Of a stretch of DNA of 64,000 nucleotides, positions 30,501 to 40,367 are shown piece by piece. Position 1 is the first letter of the stretch. The number at the start of each line of letters is the position of its first letter. A program made the position numbers and the translations under genes. A model generated the notes under the pieces. That model saw nothing but the letters and a program-made list of their open reading frames with translations, was not told where the DNA came from and ran no database searches. Location of the stretch: NCBI GenBank assembly GCA_044229975.1, contig JBGARZ010000014.1:32001-96000 (forward strand), read 5' to 3'. Source of the stretch: Polyangiales bacterium. GTDB lineage: Bacteria; Myxococcota_A; Polyangia; Polyangiales; Ga0077539.

Positions 30501-31391
30501 GCGGACCGCGCGCGCACTGGCCTCGCGATGGAGTTCTACCTCGAAGGTCAGGTGGCGCGGGGCGACGCGCAGCTCGGGGCGATCACCCAGACCCCCGAGG
30601 TGCTGGCGGCGGAAGACCCCGCTGCGGCGTGCATGTTCTACAACGCTCGCGCGACCCGGGCGGTGGCGCAGGGGCGGCTGTTCTCCCACGCGAGCGAGGC
30701 GGCCCTGGGGCTCGACATCGCGATGCGCGCGGGCGACCGCTTCCTCGCCGGGGCCTGCTACGGCTCGGCGGTCAACGCCCTCTCTCAGCTCGGGCAGAAC
30801 GCCCTCTGCGAGCGCCGACTCGCGGAGGCCGCCGCCTACTGTGACGCGTACGGCACCGGCCCGCTGCGGGCGCGCGTCGTCCTGGCGCGGTCGGCCTACT
30901 ACCTCGCTGGCGGCCGCCTCCGTGAGGCCCTCGCCGAGGGGCGACGGGCGCAGTCACTCCTCGCCTCCGAGGAGCGGCGCCTCCCTCAGGCGCACCTCGT
31001 CGTCCTCCGGTCCCTGATCGAGCTGGGCGAGACCGACGAGGCTGCCCGCCTGCTCGAATCGCTCGCCCCGCAGCTCGCCGCCGTGCCCGTCTTGCGTGCC
31101 GTGCGCGCGCTCCTCCTCTTGCGAACGGGCGACCCCGCCGCGGCCTGGACCGAGGCCCGCGCGGCGCGGTCGTTGTTGGAAGGCCACCTGCGCCTGTACG
31201 AGTTGTTCGCCATTCTGACGGCCTACGACGCGGCCGTCGCGCTCGGCGATCGGGACGGGGCGCGCACGACGCTGGCCGAGGCGCGCGCGGCCTACGACCT
31301 CATCGCCAGCGACGCGCCCGACGAGGAGGCGCGGCGCCAGCTCGGGCGCAACGTGGTCGACCACGCCAGGCTGCTGGCGCTCTGCTCGTAG
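27543..31391 (+). CDS. Ser/Thr kinase with degenerate cyclase-like linker, STAND-type AAA ATPase and TPR-like tail
   Basis: Kinase GGGGMG, HRDVKPAN, DFG, GTPGYMAPEQ. Then GERRVLCAV, CVGREREL, AVAGAGKSRL, LVLDDAHWSD, AGGNAFYLEEL, YRFHHALV and a helical C-terminus. Confidence 0.92.
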   Translation: MMQPGDTVGGRFAIEAAAGGGGMGSIFRAADLATGATVALKVLRSDLGDASRFERESKVLSSLEHPAVVRYVAHGLRPDGSPWLAMEWLAGEDLATRLTRSPLTAVESLSLCARAAQGLAAAHALGVVHRDVKPANLLLVDGDPLKVKVLDFGIARRVDRATRAATGTGMLLGTPGYMAPEQARGDRDIDRRADLYALGCVLYECLTGAPAFRADNPLALLASVLLADPPRLRDAVPDAPEALDALVTSLLAKDPSERPDDATELALRLTELARVEAESGPRLVAPRPSSSLSTGERRVLCAVLAVDPTIFDTPPIAPDFEAAPTASLGPDLIARGQLEGLRARYLGPEARVECLADGTVIFASQGATSAETARAARLALALQTALPGRVIVLAAGHGTHASRNPLGAVIERAVSLARLRPDGVVLDENAAALLHDRCRLRMTPQGAVLVDDHGDDARPVLGVSTPCVGRERELALLGATFAECAADEVARAVIVTAVAGAGKSRLRREFLATLAAKDEPPRVWSARADVLAADSPLAPLGALIRSAAGIVGSSTQEAERAALAALAGRYCADDARRTTLFLAELAGLELDPEGDAALIAARHDPKLMFEQTRGALVRLLTGACASGPLVLVLDDAHWSDGASLLFLDHAMRELRERPLMVIAFARPEIIERFPKLWAEHTVQELRLSPLTRRACERLVQRVLGDVAPEKMARLIDRAGGNAFYLEELLRAVSSGASELPETVLAVVQARLSSLSPEARRALRAASVFGESCWSAGVEALLSEPARSTPSADLLDELCAREVLARASTSRFAGSVEYRFHHALVHAASYAMLTPEDRALGHGLAAEWLLGVGEADPLVLANHFEAAGQRARAATYLVAAAEGAVAANNSEAALVHAGRAEGLAGDDHAVIGAVALIHVQADFYAGRYESSVRRGLELMSRSTPAAPGWCHAAMIVAASMGRSRQVERLDVIEAALAAADPATVHPAADRARTGLAMEFYLEGQVARGDAQLGAITQTPEVLAAEDPAAACMFYNARATRAVAQGRLFSHASEAALGLDIAMRAGDRFLAGACYGSAVNALSQLGQNALCERRLAEAAAYCDAYGTGPLRARVVLARSAYYLAGGRLREALAEGRRAQSLLASEERRLPQAHLVVLRSLIELGETDEAARLLESLAPQLAAVPVLRAVRALLLLRTGDPAAAWTEARAARSLLEGHLRLYELFAILTAYDAAVALGDRDGARTTLAEARAAYDLIASDAPDEEARRQLGRNVVDHARLLALCS

Positions 31392-31394
31392 CGT

Positions 31395-31964
31395 TCAGCG
31401 CCCGCGGAGCTTGCGGGTGAGGTCGGCAAGGTTGGCGAGTAGTTCGCTGACGTACTTCTTCGTGTCGGCGTCGGTGAGGTTGCCCTCGGCGTCGAACTTG
31501 TCGGGCGCCTTCGCGACGTACACCTCGGGCTTGGGCACCACGAACATCCCGGCGCCCACGCAGACCTCCTTCAGGTGGGTCTGGCCGCGCACGGTGCCGT
31601 GCATGCCGGGCGAGGCGCCGAGGGTGGCGACGGCCTTCTTCGCCAGCGGCGGCGACGGCGGGCGCGAGGCCCAGTCGATGGCGTTCTTGAGCACGCCGGG
31701 GATCGAGTAGTTGTACTCGGGGGTCACGAAGAGAATCGCGTCGGCCTGCTCGATGGCCGCGCGAAACGCCGCCGTCGACTCGGGGTAACCCTTCTCGCGG
31801 AGGTCCTCGTTGTAGAGGGGGATGTCCCCGAGCTCGAAGGTGGTGAGCGTCGCGCCGGGCGGGAGCAGGTGGGCGCAGGCGGCGAGGAGCTTCTTGTTCC
31901 ACGACTGGGCGCGGAGGCTGCCGGGGATGCCGAGGATGGACACGGGGGAGGGAGAGTCGCTCAT
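31395..31964 (-). CDS. NADPH-dependent FMN reductase (ChrR/YieF-like)
   Basis: GSLRAQSWN, IPLYNED, FVTPEYNYSIPGVLKNAIDWASRP, GASPG. Confidence 0.95.
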   Translation of the reverse strand: MSDSPSPVSILGIPGSLRAQSWNKKLLAACAHLLPPGATLTTFELGDIPLYNEDLREKGYPESTAAFRAAIEQADAILFVTPEYNYSIPGVLKNAIDWASRPPSPPLAKKAVATLGASPGMHGTVRGQTHLKEVCVGAGMFVVPKPEVYVAKAPDKFDAEGNLTDADTKKYVSELLANLADLTRKLRGR

Positions 31965-32021
31965 GGCGCGGGACGATACCCGAGAGACAACCGAGCGGGG
32001 CTTCCGTTAGGCTCCTGCGCC

Positions 32022-33683
32022 ATGTCGACCACGCTCCGTCCCATCCACGACGTCGCCAACGACCTGGGCCTCTCTGCGGGCGATGTGATCCCGTGGGGTC
32101 GCCATCGCGCGAAGATCTCCCTCGACGCGCTCACCCGCCGCGAGGGCTCTCCGCAGGGTCGGCTGGTGCTGGTGTCGGCCATCAACCCGACGCCCGCGGG
32201 CGAGGGGAAGACCACCACCTCCGTCGCCCTCGCCATGGGCATGAACAAGCGCGGTCGTCGCGCCGTTGCCGCGCTGCGTGAGCCGTCGCTCGGCCCGGTG
32301 TTCGGCATGAAGGGCGGCGGCACGGGCGGCGGCCTCGCGACGCTCGAACCGTCGGCTGACATCAACCTGCACTTCACGGGCGACATCCACGCCATCACGT
32401 CGGCGCACAACCTCCTCGCGGCCATCGCGGACAACGCGCTCCACTTCCGCGACCCCGTCGACCTCGACCCGCGCGGCATGCGCTGGCGCCGCGCCCTCGA
32501 CATGAACGACCGCGCCCTCCGCTCGGTCATGGTCTCCATGGGCAAGAGCAACGGCCCCGTCCGCGAGACCTCCTTCGACATCACCGCGGCCAGCGAGGTC
32601 ATGGCCATCCTCTGCCTCGCCACCTCGGTGAAGGACCTCGAAGCCCGCCTCGGCCGCATCGTCGTCGGCACCACCCCCGCGGGCAAGCCGGTGCGCGCGA
32701 GCGACCTCGGCGCCTCGGCCGCCATGACCGCGCTGCTCCTCGACGCGATCATGCCCAACCTGGTGCAGACCCGCGAAGGCACACCCGCGGTGGTGCACGG
32801 CGGTCCATTCGCCAACATCGCGCACGGGTGCAACTCCATCCTTGGCACGCGCATGGCGCTCGCCTACGGGCAGGACGTCATCACCGAGGCGGGCTTCGGC
32901 TTCGATCTTGGGGCGGAGAAGTTCCTCGACATCAAGTGCCGCGTCGGGGGCCTCTGGCCGCACGGTGTGGTGCTGGTGGCGACGCACCGCGCGCTGAAGA
33001 TGCACGGCGGGGTGCCCGTGGCGAAGGCAGGCGAGGCCAACACGGCGGCGCTCTCCAAGGGCCTCGAACACCTCGAAAAGCACCTCGAAACGCTGCGCTT
33101 CTACGGGCTGCCCGCGGTGGTCGCCGTCAACGGCTTCCCCAACGACACACACGAGGAGCAGACGGTGCTCAAGGAGTTCGCGGCGAAGAACCACGTCGCT
33201 GTCGCCCGCCACGAGGGCTTCTCCAAGGGAGGCGAAGGCTCGCTGGAGCTGGCCGACGCGGTGAGCGACATGCTCGATCGTTCGGACGCCGTACGACCTG
33301 TCGCCCGGTACACCTACGAGCTGAGCGATTCGCCGCAGGAGAAGATCCGCAAGATCGCGCGCACCGTGTACGGCGCCGACGACGTGGTCTTCACGCCCGC
33401 CGCGGTGAAGGACCTCGACGCCGCCGTGGCGCTCGGCGGCGGAGAGCTGCCGGTGTGCATGGCCAAGACGCACCTGTCGCTCACCGACGACCCGACGAAG
33501 CCAGGGCGGCCGTCGGGCTTCACCATCACGGTGAAGGAGGCGCGGCTCAGCGCGGGAGCGGGCTTCGTCGTGGCGCTCACGGGCGAGATCATGACGATGC
33601 CGGGGCTGCCCAAGGTGCCCGCGGCGGCGCGCGTCGTGGTGCACGACGACGGCCGGGTCACCGGTCTCATGCAGGGCGAGTAG
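32022..33683 (+). CDS. fhs: Formate--tetrahydrofolate ligase
   Basis: INPTPAGEGKTT, REPSLGPVFGMKGG, INLHFTGDIHAI, FDITAASEVMA, HGGPFANIAHG, TEAGFGFDLGAEKF, CMAKT, IMTMPGLP. Confidence 0.97.
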   Translation: MSTTLRPIHDVANDLGLSAGDVIPWGRHRAKISLDALTRREGSPQGRLVLVSAINPTPAGEGKTTTSVALAMGMNKRGRRAVAALREPSLGPVFGMKGGGTGGGLATLEPSADINLHFTGDIHAITSAHNLLAAIADNALHFRDPVDLDPRGMRWRRALDMNDRALRSVMVSMGKSNGPVRETSFDITAASEVMAILCLATSVKDLEARLGRIVVGTTPAGKPVRASDLGASAAMTALLLDAIMPNLVQTREGTPAVVHGGPFANIAHGCNSILGTRMALAYGQDVITEAGFGFDLGAEKFLDIKCRVGGLWPHGVVLVATHRALKMHGGVPVAKAGEANTAALSKGLEHLEKHLETLRFYGLPAVVAVNGFPNDTHEEQTVLKEFAAKNHVAVARHEGFSKGGEGSLELADAVSDMLDRSDAVRPVARYTYELSDSPQEKIRKIARTVYGADDVVFTPAAVKDLDAAVALGGGELPVCMAKTHLSLTDDPTKPGRPSGFTITVKEARLSAGAGFVVALTGEIMTMPGLPKVPAAARVVVHDDGRVTGLMQGE

Positions 33684-35684
33684 TCAGCGCGCGGCGAGGG
33701 CGGCGTCGATGCGGCGCTGAAACTCCTCGAAGGGGAGGGCCCCCGCAAAGAAGCGGCCGTTGATGAAGAACGCGGGCGTCCCGATGGAGGCGCCCGTGGC
33801 GTCGGCCGCGGCCATGTCGGCGCGGATGCCCCGCTGGTGGGTGTGCTGGTCGAGCGCCGAGCGGAAGCGCGCGAGGTCGAGCTGCACGTCGGCGGCGTAG
33901 CGTTCGAGGTCGACGCGATCGAGGTGCTGCTGGTTCTCGAAGAGCAGGGTGTTGAAGCGCCAGAAGCCCTCGTTGCCGCGCTGGGCATACGCCTCACGAG
34001 CGGCCTCGGCGGCGAGCATGGCGTGGTCATGGAAGGGCAGCGGGTAGTCGCGCCACACGAAGCGGATGCGGCTGCCGTAGGTCTCGCGCAGGCGTTGGAG
34101 GGTGGGGCCCACGCGCGAGCAGAAGGGGCACTGGAAGTCCGAGAAGTGCTCGACGACGACCCGCGCGTTGGCGGGCCCCCACGACGGCGCGTTGGGCGCG
34201 GCGGCCAGGACGTAGACGTGGTTCTCGTCCTCCTGTGGCGCGGGTGCGGCGGCGGCGGGGGCAGCGGCACGGCGGCGGATGACCGTGGCGGCCTCGCCCA
34301 TCATGCGCGCGTAGAGGTTGGCGCGCGTGGTGCCCGGGTGCGTTCGCATGAAGTTCTGGGCGTTGGTGCGCGCCTCGTCGACGAGCCGCACGAAGGTCTC
34401 CACGGGCTGGGCGCCCACGAGCCGTCGGCCGTTGATGAAGAAGTGCGGCGTGCCGTTGGCTTCGAGCTGCTGCGCGAGCGCGTGGTCGGCGCGGATGGTC
34501 GCGAGGTGCGTGTGACGGTCGAGCGCCGCGCGGAAGCGGGGGAGGTTGAGCTGCATCCGCTCGGCGTAGCGTTCGAGGTCGGCGCGTTCGAGGTGCTGCT
34601 GGTTCTCGAAGAGCAGGTCGTGCATCTGCCAGAAGCCCGTGGGGCCGAGCTGGGCCTTCGCTTCGAGCGCCGCCTCGGCGGCGAGCTGGGCGTGGTCGTG
34701 GAAGGGCAAGGGCTCGTTGCGCCAGACGACGCGGAGGTCGTTGCCGTAGCGGCGGCGCAGGTCGGCGAGGGTGCTCTCCACGCGCGAGCAGAACGGGCAC
34801 TGGAAGTCCGAGAAGACCACCACGGTGACCAGGGCCGAGGCGGGCCCGCGGCTGGCGCCCGTCCCGACGGGCACGCGCAGCACCTGGGTGGGATCGGGCT
34901 CCTCCCGGCTCGGGCTCGGACTCGGCCGCGGCGGGTCGGGGTTGGCCACCGGGGAGGTGACCATGAGCGCGTACGCCTGGCTGCGCGGCGTGATGGTGCG
35001 GGCGCGGGCGAGCACCTGGCGCACGACGCCGTCGAAGCGCTCCATCGGCTGCGCGCCCACCAGCTCGGTGCCGTTGATGAAGAACGTCGGCGTCCCGTTG
35101 GCGCCGAGGGTCCGCGCGAGGGCCTCGTCGCGGGCGATGGCCGCCTCGTGGGTGTGCTGGTCGAGCGCCGCGGCGAAGCGACCCTCGTCGAGCCCCATCT
35201 GGCGCGCGAGCCCATCGAGGGTGGCGCGCGTGAGCTCGTGCTGGTTGTCGAAGAGCAGGTCGTGCATCTGCCAGAAGCCAGCGTCGCCTCGCTGGGCGAA
35301 GGCCTCGCGCGCCGCCTCGGCCGCGGGCCGCGCGTTGGTGTGAAACGGGAGCGGATGGTCCTTCCACACCACCCGGAGGTCGTTGCCGTACTGCTCACGG
35401 AGCTGCCGCAGCGTGGGCTCCACGCGCGAGCAGAACGGGCACTGGAAGTCGCTGAAGACCACCACCGTGACGAGCGCATCGGCGGGCCCGAGCGAGGGCG
35501 AACCCGCCACCGGGATGCGCGCGGCGTCGCTCATCGGGCCGCGGTTCTGCCCCTCACGGTGCACCACCCGCGCTGGTTCGGGACTGAGCTCGGTCCGCGA
35601 CGCGGGCCGCTGCCCCGCGACCACCAACGACGCCATCGCCGCGCCGACGAGCGGCAGCGCCCAGAGCCTCCGCGAGAGCCTCAT
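33684..35684 (-). CDS. Secreted protein with three tandem DsbA-like thioredoxin domains
   Basis: Signal peptide, then three FSDFQCPFCSRV...PLPFH...GTPxFFING units. The ATG overlaps the rny stop codon. Confidence 0.93.
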   Translation of the reverse strand: MRLSRRLWALPLVGAAMASLVVAGQRPASRTELSPEPARVVHREGQNRGPMSDAARIPVAGSPSLGPADALVTVVVFSDFQCPFCSRVEPTLRQLREQYGNDLRVVWKDHPLPFHTNARPAAEAAREAFAQRGDAGFWQMHDLLFDNQHELTRATLDGLARQMGLDEGRFAAALDQHTHEAAIARDEALARTLGANGTPTFFINGTELVGAQPMERFDGVVRQVLARARTITPRSQAYALMVTSPVANPDPPRPSPSPSREEPDPTQVLRVPVGTGASRGPASALVTVVVFSDFQCPFCSRVESTLADLRRRYGNDLRVVWRNEPLPFHDHAQLAAEAALEAKAQLGPTGFWQMHDLLFENQQHLERADLERYAERMQLNLPRFRAALDRHTHLATIRADHALAQQLEANGTPHFFINGRRLVGAQPVETFVRLVDEARTNAQNFMRTHPGTTRANLYARMMGEAATVIRRRAAAPAAAAPAPQEDENHVYVLAAAPNAPSWGPANARVVVEHFSDFQCPFCSRVGPTLQRLRETYGSRIRFVWRDYPLPFHDHAMLAAEAAREAYAQRGNEGFWRFNTLLFENQQHLDRVDLERYAADVQLDLARFRSALDQHTHQRGIRADMAAADATGASIGTPAFFINGRFFAGALPFEEFQRRIDAALAAR

Positions 35685-37435
35685 CGCGCGTAGTCCACCG
35701 CGCGTGTCTCACGCACCACGGTCACCTTCACCTGGCCGGGGTAGGCCAGCTCGCTCTCGATCTTGCGCGCGATGTCCCGCGACAGCGCCAGCGCCCCCGC
35801 GTCGTCGACCTCGCCCGGCTCGACCAGCACCCGCACCTCGCGCCCCGCCTGAATCGCAAACGACCGCTCCACGCCCTTGAACGCCGTGCAGATCCGCTCC
35901 AGGTCTTCGAGCCGCCGCATGTAGCCTTCCAGCATCTCGCGCCGCGCCCCGGGTCGCGCCCCGCTGATGGCATCCGCCGCCGCCGTGAGGTGCGCCAGCA
36001 CATGCCGCGCGGGCTCGTCGTCGTGGTGCGCCGCGATGGCGTTGACCACCGCGTCGTCCTCGCCGGCCTTGCGCGCCATCTGGGCGCCGATGACGGCGTG
36101 GCCGCCCTCGACCTCGTGGGTCACCGCCTTGCCGATGTCGTGCAGGAGCCCCGCGCGCTTGGCCAGCTTGGGGTTGACGCCCATCTCCTGCGCGAGCAGC
36201 CCGCACATGTGCGCGACCTCCACCGAGTGCCGCAGGATGTTCTGCGCGTACGAGTAGCGGTACCGCAGCTGCCCCACGATGCGCGTGAGGTCGGGGTGCA
36301 GCCGCCCGATGCCGAGCTCCATGGCGGCCGCGTCGCCCGACTCCTTGATGGTGCGCTCGACCTCCTCCTTCGACTTGAGGAAGAACTCCTCGATCTTCGA
36401 CGGGTGGATGCGCCCGTCCTGGATGAGCCGCTCCAACGTGAGCCGCGCCATCTCGCGCCGCACCGGATCGAAGCTGCTCACGATGATGGTCTCGGGCGTA
36501 TCGTCGATCACCAGGTCGCAGCCGGTGACCTCCTGAAACGTGCGGATGTTGCGGCCCTCGCGGCCGATGATGCGGCCCTTGAGCTCGTCGCTCGGCAGGT
36601 GCACCGACGTCACCGCCCGCTCGCCCGCGTACTCGCCCGCGTAGCGCTGCACCGCGATGCCGATGAGCCGCTTGGCCCGCTTCTCGGCCTCCTCCTTGGC
36701 GATGTCCTCGATCTGCTTGGCCTCGCGCGCGCCCGTCCGCCGCGCGTCGTCCAAGATCTCGTCGATCACCCGGCTGCGCGCCTCCTCGCCGGTGAGCCCC
36801 GCCACGCGCTCCAGCGTCTCGCGCTCGGTCGTCTTCACCGCCTCCAGCGCCGTCGACCGCTCAGCCACCAGCCGCTCGGCCACCGCCTCCCGCTGCGCCG
36901 CGGCCCGCTCCCGCTCGGTCACCGCGCGGTCGCGACCCGACAGCTCCGTCTCGCGCAGCGACAACCGCTGATCCTTCTGGGTGACGGCGTTTTCCAGCAG
37001 GGCCATGCGCTCGTCGCGCGCCTTCAGGTCGCGCGTCAGCGACTCCGCCTGCGACCGCGCGTCGTCGATGATCCGCTGCGCCCGGTCCTTCGCGTCGCGC
37101 TCGACCTGCGCGCGAACCTGCTCCTTCGCGCGCGTCGTCGCCTCTTCCAGCGTCACGGCCGCCGCCCGGCGGTGAACCTCCGCCTGGTCCATCGCCGCCC
37201 GGGTCTCACCGCGCGCGGCCTCGACGACCTCCTGCAACAGCGCCACCTGCGCTTCCAGCGCCTGGAGCTTCGCGCGCGCCTCGACGAGCGATCGTTCGTG
37301 CTCCGTACCATCGGCGCGGGCCGCTTCGAGCTCGCGGCGCACGGCCTCGACCTCGGACTCGGCGCTCTTCGACCGGAGCGACCACGAAGCGGCGGCACCG
37401 GCGGCGGCGCCGGCGAGGAAGGAGATCGGTGTCAT
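35681..37435 (-). CDS. rny: Ribonuclease Y
   Basis: N-terminal anchor and coiled coil, KH domain KGRIIGREGRNIR, HD domain SYAQNILRHS..GLLHDIGK, DAISGARPGAR, AIQAGREVRV, YPGQVKVTVVRETR. Confidence 0.97.
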   Translation of the reverse strand: MTPISFLAGAAAGAAASWSLRSKSAESEVEAVRRELEAARADGTEHERSLVEARAKLQALEAQVALLQEVVEAARGETRAAMDQAEVHRRAAAVTLEEATTRAKEQVRAQVERDAKDRAQRIIDDARSQAESLTRDLKARDERMALLENAVTQKDQRLSLRETELSGRDRAVTERERAAAQREAVAERLVAERSTALEAVKTTERETLERVAGLTGEEARSRVIDEILDDARRTGAREAKQIEDIAKEEAEKRAKRLIGIAVQRYAGEYAGERAVTSVHLPSDELKGRIIGREGRNIRTFQEVTGCDLVIDDTPETIIVSSFDPVRREMARLTLERLIQDGRIHPSKIEEFFLKSKEEVERTIKESGDAAAMELGIGRLHPDLTRIVGQLRYRYSYAQNILRHSVEVAHMCGLLAQEMGVNPKLAKRAGLLHDIGKAVTHEVEGGHAVIGAQMARKAGEDDAVVNAIAAHHDDEPARHVLAHLTAAADAISGARPGARREMLEGYMRRLEDLERICTAFKGVERSFAIQAGREVRVLVEPGEVDDAGALALSRDIARKIESELAYPGQVKVTVVRETRAVDYAR

Positions 37436-37445
37436 GGGTTGAGCC

Positions 37446-38072
37446 TCACGGAGCGTCTTCGACGCGATAGGTTTGTTCGTCGGTCACGACGTAGTGCACG
37501 CGCTGGTCGTGCGGCTCGTCGGGCACTTCTGCGATCATCTGAAACGCAAACACCGTCGCCACGCGCGTCGCCTTCGGCAGCAGCGCGAGGGTGTTGTCAT
37601 AGAGCGCCCGGCCGAAGCCCAGGCGGTGCCCCCGCGGGTCCATGGCCAGCGCCGGGACGATGACCACGTCGATGCGGTCGAGGTCGGCCGCGGGCGCCTC
37701 GGGCGTGGGCTCGTCGATGCCGTAGTCGGACATCGCCGTGGGGAAGCGCTGCCCGTCCCGCGCCAGCCACCGGAACGTCAGCACACGACCCTCCTCGACG
37801 ACCGGGAGCGCCACGTCGAGGCCGCGGCCGAGGGCGTCTTGCAGCAACGCCGTGGTGTCGAACTCGTCGCCCATCGAGGCGTAGAGCGCGACGGCCCGCG
37901 CGTCCCGCCACTCAGGGAGGCTGAGCACCCGGGCCGACACGGCCTCCGAGCGCACCCGGCGGGCTTCGGGGGGCAGCGACGACCGGAGCTGGCGCATGCG
38001 CTTGCGGAGCAGGGCCTTGGCGCGCGGGCGCAGCAGGCGGAGGGCTTCGTCGGACCAGGGGAGTTCGGCCAT
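37446..38072 (-). CDS. 5-formyltetrahydrofolate cyclo-ligase
   Basis: [48 protein letters not shown]. Conserved position upstream of rny. Confidence 0.92.
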   Translation of the reverse strand: MAELPWSDEALRLLRPRAKALLRKRMRQLRSSLPPEARRVRSEAVSARVLSLPEWRDARAVALYASMGDEFDTTALLQDALGRGLDVALPVVEEGRVLTFRWLARDGQRFPTAMSDYGIDEPTPEAPAADLDRIDVVIVPALAMDPRGHRLGFGRALYDNTLALLPKATRVATVFAFQMIAEVPDEPHDQRVHYVVTDEQTYRVEDAP

Positions 38073-38220
38073 GGCAGCGTCGCAGGACCCGCGGAGGCAT
38101 ACCACGGTCGTCGCACGTCTTGCCCGGAGGGCGTGGGTTGCACTACACGGTGCGGCGTACGTTGGCGCCCCGTCGATCGACGGCGGCGGCGCGGCACCGG
38201 TGAGAGTCCAAGGAGCGACC

Positions 38221-39627
38221 ATGCGAAGCGAATGGGTGGCCCGGCGGTCGAATGATCGCGTGAAGACGCAGATGCTGTACGCCCGGCAGGGCCTGGTGAC
38301 CGAGGAGATCGCCTACGTGGCGAACCGGGAGAGCGTCTCTCCCGAGCTGGTTCGTGACGAGGTGGCGCGGGGGCGGCTGGTGATTCCGGCCAACGTGGCC
38401 CACACCAACCTGGAGCCCATGGGCATCGGCATCGCGCTGGCCTGCAAGGTCAACGCGAACATCGGCAACAGCGCCGTCACGAGCAAGGTCGAGGAGGAGA
38501 TCGCCAAGCTCAACGTGTCGCTGAAGTACGGCGCCGACACGGTGATGGACCTCTCCACCGGCGGCAACATCGACGGCATCCGCGCGGAGATCATCAAGGC
38601 GTCGCCGGTGCCCATCGGCACCGTGCCGATCTACCAGATCGTGCAGAACGTGAAGTCCATCTCGAAGATGACCGTGGACGACCTCCTCGGCATGATCGAG
38701 CACCAGGCCCAGCAGGGCGTCGATTACATGACGCTCCACGCGGGCGTGCTGCGGCACCTGCTGCCGACGGTGCAGCACCGCATCACCGGCATCGTGTCGC
38801 GCGGCGGCTCGCTCATGGCCCAGTGGATGATCGAAAACGACGCCGAGAACCCGCTGTACACGCACTGGGACGCGGTGCTCGACATCTGCGCCCGCTACGA
38901 CGTGACCATCTCCGCGGGCGACGGGCTGCGCCCCGGCTGCCTCGCCGACGCCTCCGACGACGCCCAGTTCGGCGAGCTCAAGGTGCTCGGCGAGCTCACC
39001 AAGAGGGCGTGGGAGAAGAACGTCCAGGTGATGATCGAGGGTCCCGGCCACGTGCCCTTCGACCAGATCGCCATGAACGTCGAGAAGCAGCGCGAGATCT
39101 GCTTCGAGGCGCCGTTCTATGTGCTCGGCCCGCTGGTGACGGACATCGCGCCTGGCTACGACCACATCACCAGCGCCATCGGCGCCACCATGGCGGGCTA
39201 CGCGGGCGCCTCGATGCTCTGCTACGTCACGCCGAAGGAGCACCTCGGCCTGCCCAACGCCGAGGACGTTCGCAATGGTCTGGTCGCGTACAAGATCGCC
39301 GCCCACGCCGCCGACGTCGCCCGCCACCGCCCCGGCGCGCGCGACCGCGACGACGCCCTCTCGCGCGCCCGCTACGCCTTCGACTGGAACGAACAGTTTC
39401 GCCTCTCGCTCGACCCCGAGCGGGCGCGCGAGTACCACGACGAGACGCTCCCCGACGCGTACTTCAAGAGCGCGGAGTTCTGCGCGATGTGCGGGCCGAA
39501 GTTCTGCTCGATGAAGATCAACCGCGTGGTCGAGGACTACAACAAGAGCCAGGTGCAGAAGTCGCGGCTCCCGATGGCGCCGACGACGGCCCAGGTCCGC
39601 GCCGCCGGCGACGCCCCGGTCGGTTGA
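38221..39627 (+). CDS. thiC: Phosphomethylpyrimidine synthase
   Basis: [91 protein letters not shown]. Confidence 0.97.
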   Translation: MRSEWVARRSNDRVKTQMLYARQGLVTEEIAYVANRESVSPELVRDEVARGRLVIPANVAHTNLEPMGIGIALACKVNANIGNSAVTSKVEEEIAKLNVSLKYGADTVMDLSTGGNIDGIRAEIIKASPVPIGTVPIYQIVQNVKSISKMTVDDLLGMIEHQAQQGVDYMTLHAGVLRHLLPTVQHRITGIVSRGGSLMAQWMIENDAENPLYTHWDAVLDICARYDVTISAGDGLRPGCLADASDDAQFGELKVLGELTKRAWEKNVQVMIEGPGHVPFDQIAMNVEKQREICFEAPFYVLGPLVTDIAPGYDHITSAIGATMAGYAGASMLCYVTPKEHLGLPNAEDVRNGLVAYKIAAHAADVARHRPGARDRDDALSRARYAFDWNEQFRLSLDPERAREYHDETLPDAYFKSAEFCAMCGPKFCSMKINRVVEDYNKSQVQKSRLPMAPTTAQVRAAGDAPVG

Positions 39628-40037
39628 TGATCGTCCGGGGCCGTACCATCGCCCTCGCGCTCCCGCTGCTGCTCGCCACGGCGTGCGGTCGGCCGGGCCT
39701 GCGCGAGTGGCGCCCCGAAGACCACGACAGCGGCGTCACCAGCAACAGCGCCGTGTCAGCCGCGCCCGTCAACGACGACCCCCACGCCAGCGCTCGCGCC
39801 CTCTTCGCCGCCCAGTGTGCCTCGTGCCACGGCAGCGCGGGGCGCGGCGACGGCCCCATGGCGGCGGTGTTTCGCCCGGCCGACCTCACCTCGTCGGCGC
39901 TCCAATCGGGCCACACCGACGCCGAGCTCGCGTCCGCCATCACCAGCGGCCGCGGTCGCATGCCCGCCTTCGGCCAGACCCTCCGGCCCGAAGCGGTCAC
40001 CGCGCTCGTTCAGCTCATCCGCTCCTGGCGGCGCTGA
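39627..40037 (+). CDS. Monoheme c-type cytochrome lipoprotein
   Basis: LATAC lipobox, CASCH heme motif, GRGRMPAF distal Met. TGATG overlap with thiC. Confidence 0.88.
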   Translation: MIVRGRTIALALPLLLATACGRPGLREWRPEDHDSGVTSNSAVSAAPVNDDPHASARALFAAQCASCHGSAGRGDGPMAAVFRPADLTSSALQSGHTDAELASAITSGRGRMPAFGQTLRPEAVTALVQLIRSWRR

Positions 40038-40061
40038 CCTACTCCCCCACGACTTCCGCGG

Positions 40062-40367
40062 TCACTCGACGATAGGAACGCCCTTCGCGGCGCTCTCGTT
40101 GACCATCTCCTTCAGGTCCTTGCCGACCTTGAAGAAGGGCAGCTTCTTGGCCGACACCTTCACCGGGCGTCGCGTGCGCGGGTTGCGACCGAGGTACGGC
40201 TCGTACTCGCGGATGGAGAAGCTCCCGAACCCGCGGATCTCGATGCCCTCGTCCTGCGCCAGCGCGCTGGCCATGGACTCGAAGACCGCGTTGACCACGA
40301 GCTCGGCGCGCGTCTTCGAGATGCCCTGGCGCGCCGCAATGACCTCGATGAGCTCCGACTTCGTCAT
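40062..40367 (-). CDS. ihfB: Integration host factor beta / HU-family DNA-binding protein
   Basis: MTKSELIE, IEIRGFGSF, GRNPRT, PFFKVGKDLKE. Confidence 0.88.
   Translation of the reverse strand: MTKSELIEVIAARQGISKTRAELVVNAVFESMASALAQDEGIEIRGFGSFSIREYEPYLGRNPRTRRPVKVSAKKLPFFKVGKDLKEMVNESAAKGVPIVE

Noticed and set aside
38073..38220. TPP riboswitch or 6S RNA annotation
   Set aside because: No recognisable consensus and insufficient length. Recorded only as an absence.
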